From assembly GCA_963729895.1 (NCBI GenBank), contig CAVSQB010000005.1, positions 1 to 64,000 on the forward strand: 64,000 nucleotides of DNA. The letters run 5' to 3'. The position numbers and the translations under genes were made by a program. Positions 9,514 to 17,700 of this stretch are shown piece after piece. The stretch is from an uncultured Fibrobacterota bacterium (GTDB taxonomy: Bacteria > Fibrobacterota > Chitinivibrionia > Chitinivibrionales > FEN-1185). The first letter of the stretch is position 1, and each line of letters begins with the position of its first letter. The notes beneath the pieces are model-generated. The model ran no database searches and had not been told where the DNA came from. It saw only the letters and a program-made list of their open reading frames with translations.

Positions 9514-12500
9514 ATGCGTCATGCCGATGCCTTGTCTCGCAGAATCCTGCTGTCGGTTGCCGGGGTCGCGGTTTTTGCGGCTTCCGCATTCGCGCAAGCT
9601 GTGTATCCTCCCACGATACAGGTCCCGGTGACGTTTTTCGATTATCATTCCGACGGGTCATGTCCGGATTTCAATCCCGGAACGGATCCCGGTGGGTCAA
9701 GGGGCAATAATACGTTGCCATACCTTGGCCTGGTCCAGGATACTCTCGATGCAGATGGGCTCCCTGTTCGGGGCGATTCTTTGCTTTTCAGTTATTACGT
9801 CGGCAAATGGTTCCGGCCGTGGCCCCAGAGTCAGTATGGACAGGGGAGTGACTACATGCGTCCCACCTATGGGGTCGGCGCAATCCCGCCCAGTTACGGA
9901 ATGGTCATGGCAGCGGACAACACTGTTACCTACGATACCTCATATAAAAATACCGTCATTCCCGACACGCTCACCTTTAATTATATCCCCGGTTCACACG
10001 GCCAATATCAGATCAATGTTGCCAATTTTTTCCCGCTTGACGGCATGGGATTCGGGGCCGATGCCAACACCAAGAACTGGGATTACTACTGGTTTACCGC
10101 TGCTGCCGGCGGGGCGCCCGGCACGATTCGAAACGGCGATTACGTTGATCGTACGGCAAACCAGCACAATTATTCGTTTGCCATGCATTTGAAAAGGACG
10201 TTCACCTACACAACCGGCCTCGATTTCAACTTCAAGGGCGATGACGACCTGTGGGTCTTTATCAACGGCAAACTTGTCTTGGACCTGGGCGGGATGCACA
10301 ACAACATGCCCGGCGGTTTCGCGTTGGACACCATGGCAGCGCGTCTTGGCCTCAGTGTAGGCAACACGGCGGTCATTGACGTTTTCTACTGCGAGCGCCA
10401 GGCCACCGGTTCCAACATCATTATCACCTCGAATATCATCACCGCCAACCCGGTAAAACTCGAATTGGACATGAACCCCAAGGTGGACACACTCGCCGCG
10501 GGAAGTTTCATTTCCTTTGCAGGCAAGGTAATCGACGATACGGGCGGCATCCGGCACGAGTTCGACCAGCAGATCCTCTGGTCGCTGAGCCCTGCAAATA
10601 CGCCCAGCAGGATCAGCGCCGCCACCGGCGGCGTGGACACGTTCTTCGCGATCCAGGCATACACCACCTACATAATCAGCGCGCAATTTACCGATCAGAC
10701 AAACGGGAAGGTGCTCCAGGCTGCCGATACCGTGTATGTCAAGCCGGGCCCGGCCGACCACGTGGTGATCGAAGCCGACCCCTTTGGACTTACCCGCAGC
10801 CCCAACAAAGACAATCCCGTGGGCGGCAACGGCTCGGTCACCATCGGATCGACCAACCTGAGTGACAGCGTCTACGCCACCCTGCGCGACAAATACGGCA
10901 ATTACGTGGGCCAGTCGCAGGTGACGGCATGGGACACCATCAGGATCGTAACGCCGGATGTCGTGAGTGTCAAGAACGGCCTCGCGGCTTTGGGCCAGGG
11001 CGTCATCACTAAACTCGGCGTCGCGGACTCCATGCTTGTCCGGGCCTCGGCGCTGGATGTGCCCGGAAAGACCATGATGGACACCATCACGGTGTATGTG
11101 TCGAACATCACCTACGATTCCCTGCGCATTGCGGTGCTGTCGCCCGGCGATACCGTTGTTCTCGCTTCTCTCACCATGACAACCGACCAGGATACGTCTC
11201 TTACCGTGCAGGGGCTTCGCACGGCCATACGGGACTGGGTGAACGTTCCCGGCACCTGGACGCTTTCGGCAAACCTCAAATCCGATACCGCCGCGCCCAC
11301 GAGCCAGGCCACATGGCGGTTTTCTCCGACGGACACGGGCAAGGGCACCATTACCGTCACCTTTGGCGGGCACACGGCCATTATCCCGGTTACCATTTTG
11401 CCGGGCAGCCCCCGTTCGCTTGTTTTGTATCCCAGCGAGGGCGCGCCGAGCGCGGCGAACAAGGCGTATCCGCACGACACCACGGTTGTCGCAGGTGTAA
11501 ATTTTCCGCTGGTTGCCGCGATGTTCGACCAGAACAGCGTGTGGCTCAGCGCCTACGAAACCGTTGACAGTCTCAAGAACCTCATCACGTGGACCGTAAG
11601 CGATCCTACCGTGGGAACGCTTGCGCCGCTTACCGGCGACGAGGCGGTATTCATGTCCACAAAATCGCAGCACAGCGTTTCTATCGTCGCCACGTACAGA
11701 AAAGGCCCTGCCTCGTACGCCGATACCGTGCATCTCACGGTGCTCCCGGGCCCTGCCACGCAACTCGTTATCGAGGCGAACAAGGATATCAATCTGAGCC
11801 CGAACGCCGCCGATCCCGTGGACAGCATCACCATCAATGCGGGTGAGACCACCCGAAGCGTGTACGCCATGTTGCGAGACGCGTACGGCAACTGGGTCGC
11901 GTATTCCCAGGTAACGGTGTGGACGAGTTTCAATCCTTCTGTTGCGACCGCGGCCGGCGGTGTTGCAATCCAGGGCGAGGGGATCGTCACAAGGACGACG
12001 GATTCCGGCGTCACCTATGTAAGCGCGCTCAATACCGATCCCGCTTACGCCTCCCTGCATCTCGCGGACACGATAAAGGTGATAATGGCCAATATATTTT
12101 ACCGCGCGCTTCGCATTGTCGTGCGCGACTCCACGCAGATAAGCAGCCTCAGCATGAATACCAACCAGGACACCACGCTCAAGGTGCAGGGCCTAAGGTC
12201 CGACAACGGCCAATGGGAATATGTGTCCGCGTCATGGGGCATGCTGGCCGGCCTTTCCACCGATCCCATGCCGCCGGGCCAGGCCCAGCAATGGTCATTT
12301 TCGCCGGTCACTCCGGGAACCGGTTGGGTCCGCGTCTACATGGACAACGACTCCACCCTGCCGGACACCGTTCTTGTGAACTTTACGGTCGGCCCGCCCA
12401 CAAAAGTTGATATTTCGATCATTACGCCGGCCGATTCGTTGATAGCAGGCGACACCATACGGGCTCTTGTGCGGATCCAGAATTCCGACGGCCTGGTGCC

Positions 12501-14238
12501 CGGTCCGTGGTGTTACTCCGGTGCCGGCGGTGCAATATACCAGGACGGCCTCGGCAACGGGGGAGGCAAACATCCTCCGGCCATTGTTGTCGGCGACAGC
12601 GGGGCAGGGCTTCTCAATCAGGCGCCCTCGACAAATACCAAGACCAGTGAATGTTTCGAGAACGGCATCGACACCATAAAATTCGTGTTGTACTACGCGC
12701 CTTTCAACGGCGACAGCTCGCACCAGATTTTTGTTACGCTCGGCGGCCTGGGCGCCAACACGGAGCCGTTTACGCTTCTCCCGGGCAAGCTTGATTCGCT
12801 TGCACTCGAAGATGTCAACGGCGCACACGAACCGGACAGCATTGTTCTCACCTATCCAAATGGAAACAGGACCATTGTCGCCGTCGGTTACGATCAGTAC
12901 GGCAACAAGATAGGCCCGGAAAACAGCAACTGGACGTCCACCAACACGCTTCATGCTCCGGCAAACGCCGTTGACGTGTCGAGAATCTTCTACGAAACCG
13001 GGGGCGTTACCAACGACGAAAACGGATGGCTCAAGGCCACCGCCGCGGGTAACATACAGGACAGCATGTTTGTCGGCATCGTCGGTCCGCCCTCGTCGCT
13101 CGATTCGGCGGTGACGCGTGACGTCAACGGGGACGGGTATCTTGACGAAATAGAATTGTACTTCAACAAGCCGGTCACGTTCCCCGCGGGGATGTCGGGC
13201 GCCAATTTCTCCATTATTTACAACGGCGTGACATTCAACGTTGACAGCATCGGCGGAATGGGACCGAACGGCGAGACAAATACGCACTTTGTGGTGTACC
13301 TGCAGGAGGACTCCACTGCGCAGCCGCAAACCGAATGGCGGCCGCTGGTGAGCATCACCGGGATCCAGGGTTCCAACGACATCAAGAATATCACGGCCAA
13401 GGACGGCGCAGGTCCTGTCATCTGGACCGTTACCAAGACCATAAACAATCCAGAAGACCGGACGCAGGACGTGGTGACGGTGACGTTTTCCGAACCTATT
13501 GTCGGTCCCAAGGGCAGTCCGTTCGCATGGTCCACGTTGGAACCGTCTCTGGTGCTTACCGTATACCGGCTGAATGCCGCCGGTACGGGGTACGACACGA
13601 TTCCCCTGGCGCTGGACAGCATTTTGCAGTTTGCAAAATTTTCAGGCAACGACAGCATTCTCACCTTCACGATGAGCAACGGCGTGGACCTTACCGCCAA
13701 CGATTACATCAATATCAACAGCCTTGCGGGCCAGATATTCGACGGGGCCGGCAATCCGCCTGTTTTGAACAACAGGAAGGCGCCGGTTCAGATCATCAAC
13801 TCGTTGCCGCCGAGGATTGTGGCAGTGCCGAACCCGTCCGGCCCCACGTTCCGTCACGAACAGCCCGGAATGTTGAATTTCAGCAACAATCCGAACGCCC
13901 GTGACTGGGTTCGCGTGGAAAGGGCAGGGACCGTGATCACCTTCCAGATATCGCCTCCTACGGGTTCAAACGAAAACGTCACGGGATATATCAAGATCTT
14001 CGACGGGGTGGGGAATGTGGTAAATTCCGCGAATAGCTCGGACGTGCTTGCTTCCCTCAAGTACGATCCGAACAATGTCAGCAGTTCATACAACTACGAC
14101 ATTTACTGGAACGGATCCAACGGACAGGGGCTCAAAGTTGCCCCCGGCGTGTACCGCACGGTTGTGTATCTAACGTACACGTCTCCAACGAACTCGGAAA
14201 AGAAGAGGTTGTGGGGGTCAATAGGGATTTCGTATTAG
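9514..14238 (+). CDS. Fibro-slime domain surface protein 2
   Basis: Signal peptide; FKGDDDLWVFINGKLVLDLGGMH; two stalk units; FlgD/T9SS-like C-terminus; GGGGGAG SD before ATG 9514. Confidence 0.93.
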   Translation: MRHADALSRRILLSVAGVAVFAASAFAQAVYPPTIQVPVTFFDYHSDGSCPDFNPGTDPGGSRGNNTLPYLGLVQDTLDADGLPVRGDSLLFSYYVGKWFRPWPQSQYGQGSDYMRPTYGVGAIPPSYGMVMAADNTVTYDTSYKNTVIPDTLTFNYIPGSHGQYQINVANFFPLDGMGFGADANTKNWDYYWFTAAAGGAPGTIRNGDYVDRTANQHNYSFAMHLKRTFTYTTGLDFNFKGDDDLWVFINGKLVLDLGGMHNNMPGGFALDTMAARLGLSVGNTAVIDVFYCERQATGSNIIITSNIITANPVKLELDMNPKVDTLAAGSFISFAGKVIDDTGGIRHEFDQQILWSLSPANTPSRISAATGGVDTFFAIQAYTTYIISAQFTDQTNGKVLQAADTVYVKPGPADHVVIEADPFGLTRSPNKDNPVGGNGSVTIGSTNLSDSVYATLRDKYGNYVGQSQVTAWDTIRIVTPDVVSVKNGLAALGQGVITKLGVADSMLVRASALDVPGKTMMDTITVYVSNITYDSLRIAVLSPGDTVVLASLTMTTDQDTSLTVQGLRTAIRDWVNVPGTWTLSANLKSDTAAPTSQATWRFSPTDTGKGTITVTFGGHTAIIPVTILPGSPRSLVLYPSEGAPSAANKAYPHDTTVVAGVNFPLVAAMFDQNSVWLSAYETVDSLKNLITWTVSDPTVGTLAPLTGDEAVFMSTKSQHSVSIVATYRKGPASYADTVHLTVLPGPATQLVIEANKDINLSPNAADPVDSITINAGETTRSVYAMLRDAYGNWVAYSQVTVWTSFNPSVATAAGGVAIQGEGIVTRTTDSGVTYVSALNTDPAYASLHLADTIKVIMANIFYRALRIVVRDSTQISSLSMNTNQDTTLKVQGLRSDNGQWEYVSASWGMLAGLSTDPMPPGQAQQWSFSPVTPGTGWVRVYMDNDSTLPDTVLVNFTVGPPTKVDISIITPADSLIAGDTIRALVRIQNSDGLVPGPWCYSGAGGAIYQDGLGNGGGKHPPAIVVGDSGAGLLNQAPSTNTKTSECFENGIDTIKFVLYYAPFNGDSSHQIFVTLGGLGANTEPFTLLPGKLDSLALEDVNGAHEPDSIVLTYPNGNRTIVAVGYDQYGNKIGPENSNWTSTNTLHAPANAVDVSRIFYETGGVTNDENGWLKATAAGNIQDSMFVGIVGPPSSLDSAVTRDVNGDGYLDEIELYFNKPVTFPAGMSGANFSIIYNGVTFNVDSIGGMGPNGETNTHFVVYLQEDSTAQPQTEWRPLVSITGIQGSNDIKNITAKDGAGPVIWTVTKTINNPEDRTQDVVTVTFSEPIVGPKGSPFAWSTLEPSLVLTVYRLNAAGTGYDTIPLALDSILQFAKFSGNDSILTFTMSNGVDLTANDYININSLAGQIFDGAGNPPVLNNRKAPVQIINSLPPRIVAVPNPSGPTFRHEQPGMLNFSNNPNARDWVRVERAGTVITFQISPPTGSNENVTGYIKIFDGVGNVVNSANSSDVLASLKYDPNNVSSSYNYDIYWNGSNGQGLKVAPGVYRTVVYLTYTSPTNSEKKRLWGSIGISY
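13108..14238 (+). repeat. ~1.13-kb direct repeat, copy B (3' end of fibro-slime 2)
   Basis: Matches 7142-8272. Confidence 0.95.
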
Positions 14239-14271
14239 GCCGGATTATTAATGACCTGGTGGCTATCGTGT

Positions 14272-14405
14272 TTCCCCTCTCCTTGTGGGAGAGGGAGCGC
14301 CCGCCCAACTGGAAGGGCGGAGAGCGCCGAAGGCCGAGGTGAGGTTAGACGCAAATCATCAACCTCACCCCCTTGCCCCCTCTCCCATAAGGAGAGGGGG
14401 GGGGG
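14272..14405. repeat. REP/BIME-like palindromic element
   Basis: CCCCTCTCC..GGGAGAGGG ... GGTGAGG / CCTCACCCC ... CCCTCTCCC..GGAGAGGGG arranged as two inverted halves. Confidence 0.7.
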
Positions 14406-14718
14406 AACGTTGCAAGTCGCTACTTTGGAGGCCGGTGCGGGGCCCGATTACCAAAAGTAAGATTCTTACCCTTGTTTTTTGCATGGATTGTGGTACAATA
14501 ATAGTAGTAAAAGATCAAGAGAGTAAAAAGGGGTAAGGGGCAACGCCGTTTTTCATACGGGAAACAGCGAGGATGTCATTTTGGAGAAGTTCTCCGCCCG
14601 GATTGTCCAGCCTCCTTTCACTCTCGGAAATTTCGATTATTCCGGATCGACTTCCGCCGCATTGCGTGCAGAAGTCGTGTCTTCACCTGTAAGAGCCATC
14701 TTTGAAAAAGGAATGCAC

Positions 14719-17700
14719 ATGAAACGATCTCTGGCCGCGGCAGCTGTGGGTCTTCTGCTCGTTGTATCAGGAATATGGGCGCAGGCGCAGTATCCGCCGA
14801 CGCTCTCGGTGCCGATTGATATTTTCGACCAGCATTCGGACGGGAGCAATCCTGATTTCAATCCGGGACAGGCGGGAAATTGCGCCCCAAATACCTGGGC
14901 GATCAACCTGGTGCAGAACACCCTTGATGCCGACGGTTTGCCGGTTCGGGGATCGGCGATTTTGTGCAGTTACGAAATAGGGAAGTGGTGGCGCCAGTGG
15001 CGGCAGGGCAACGATTACGAAAGGCCGGTTTATAGTAACGGCGGAAAAAATTACACGCTTACGACGGCCCTGTACGACACATCGTACAAAAATGTGCTTG
15101 TCAAACAGAATCTTATATTCACCTATGTTCCCGGATCGCAAGGACAATACCAGTATCAAAACGGCGCCTTTTTCCCTCTCGACCAAAGCGGTTTCCAGAC
15201 ACCGCCCAATCTTCCCGATCCTGCCATGGGCGTATGCGGCGGCCTTATCGACCGGAATCCCGCGGACCCGGGCTACAATCCTCACAACTACTCCTTCGCA
15301 ACGCATATTCACAGGAATTTCAAGTACCTAAACGGTACGACGCCGGCCAACCAATTGACATTCGAATTCCGCGGCGACGACGACATGTGGGTATTTATCA
15401 ACAAACAGCTCGTGCTTGACCTCGGCGGCATTCATACTACCATCCATGGCTCTTTTGTCCTCGCCAACGGAAACGCCTATGCATGGGAAAACTACGCCAT
15501 CAACGCGGGCGTGCCTGATACCCTTCACGCTTCCGCAAAACCGGTTACTAATCTCGGTTTGATCGACAGCGCCACCGCCACCATCGACATCTTCTATTGC
15601 GAACGTCAGACTGTGGGCTCGGACATCGAGGTAACCTCCAACATCATTTCCGCCCCGCCGCAGACCCTCACCATGACCACGATCCCGAACACCGACACCA
15701 TTCCGGCCGGCACAACCATGCAGATGTTTGCCGTCATTCTCGACGATACGGGCGGTGTGCGTCCGGAGTACGCCAATCTGGTCACCTGGACGCTGACCCC
15801 GCCCGGAACAAGAAGCTGGCTCAAGACTCCGCAGGGCGGTTCCAACGTGTTCAACGCGGTTGACGCGTACAAGTGGTATTACATCATCGGCACCTTTGTC
15901 GACCGCACCAATCCCGGGCGTGTCATTCTCGACACGGTCAAGGTGTACGTTGTGCCCGGCCCTGCCACGCATCTGGACATAGAGGCGAGTCCCGCTCTGG
16001 CAGCCAGCCCTAATGCCGACGACCGGCTCGGGTCGGTCACGTTTGCAAGTGCGACCCTCAGCGACAGCGTCTACGCCGTGCTGAGGGACGCCTACGGCAA
16101 CTTCGTGTCCGACGCCACGCTCGCGGCATGGGCAACGCGGAACCCGGCCGTGGTGACGGTCGCGCCCGTGCCGCCGGCCGTGGGCGACCAGGGCGTGATA
16201 ACGCGCCAGACCGGGAACAACATGAACACCTATGTGGCGGCCGCGCAGGGCGCGTGGACGGATTCGGTGCAGGTGATCTTGAGCAACGTCACCTACTCGA
16301 AAATCCAGATCGTGGTCCAGCACAGCATCAACGACAGCATTGACACTTTGCAGATGCGAACAGACCAGGACACCACGCTGTCGGCGCTGGGACAGCGTTC
16401 CGACAACGGCCAATGGGTTGACCTCCAGGTGACATGGGGGAACACCGGCGGCCTGGCATTTAACGTTCCCGCGCCCACCAACGCAACGTCGTGGACATTC
16501 TCTCCTCTCAATGCCGATACGGGGAAAATCTTCATCGTCTGGGGTTCCGGCGCCCAGCAGCGCACCGACACCATTTCCGCGCTCTTCAGCTACGGCCTTC
16601 CGGACCACATGGCCCTGTATCCTGCTCCCGGGCAACCCGGGGCGGGCGCCAACATTGGTTATGGGCCTACCACGACCGTTGTCGCGGGCAAGCCGCTTCC
16701 CCTGGTTGCCGCGCTGTTTTCCGCGAGCAACCAATGGCTGAGCGCGTTCGAGACGAGCAATGCGCCCATTACGTGGACAATCACCGAGCTTACGGGCGCC
16801 ACGGGCACCGGGACGCTCGACAAATACACCGGGTTCCAGGTGAATTTTACGGGCTACAAGGCGTACCAGACGGTGAAGGTGACGGCCACGTTCTCGCAGG
16901 GCGGCATTACCATTTCGCAATCCATCAACATCACGGTGCAGCCCGGGCCTGCGGCGATGCTCGATATAGAGCCCGACACCTCCGGCCCGTCCGCATATCC
17001 CAATACCGTGCACCGCGCCGGGACTGTCACCATTCCGGGGAACGCGTCGAGCGTGCCCGTGTACGCGGTTCTCAGGGACCAGTACGGTAACTTCGTGGCG
17101 TTTTCCAACCCCACAACCTGGATCGGCAGGGACACGAATACCGTGTCGGTCACGATCGGCGATTTTTACAAAGGCGAAGCTTTCATGGTCCGGATGGTTG
17201 ACCAGGGCCAGGCGGTTGTCGTCGCCAAAGACGGCACCAATCCCGCACTCACCGACAGCGTGCTTGTAGTCATCAGCAATATCTCATACACCGCGCTCCG
17301 GATTGTCGTCCGCGATTCCACCGCGATCACGTCTCTTGCCATGACCATAGACATGGACACCACGCTCAAGGTGCAGGGGCTTGCCTCAGACGGCTCGGGG
17401 TGGAGGGACGTTCCGGCCAACTGGTCTGCGACGGCCGGTTTGCAGAACGCGACTCCCGCGCCCGGGTCTTCGATAACCTGGGTGATTGCGCCCATGGACA
17501 CGGGAACCGCTTGGATCAAGGTAAACTTGACCGGCGCGACTTCGGATTCGATCAGGGTGACAATAGGCGAGGGAGTTCCCAAGTATATTGCGCTGTACCC
17601 CGCCTTGGGCGCGCCCGGCCCCGCCAACACTCCCTATCCCGATCCCGGCCAGGCGATCCAGGATTCCGCCGGCAATGCGTTGCCCGTTGTCGCCAAGGTC

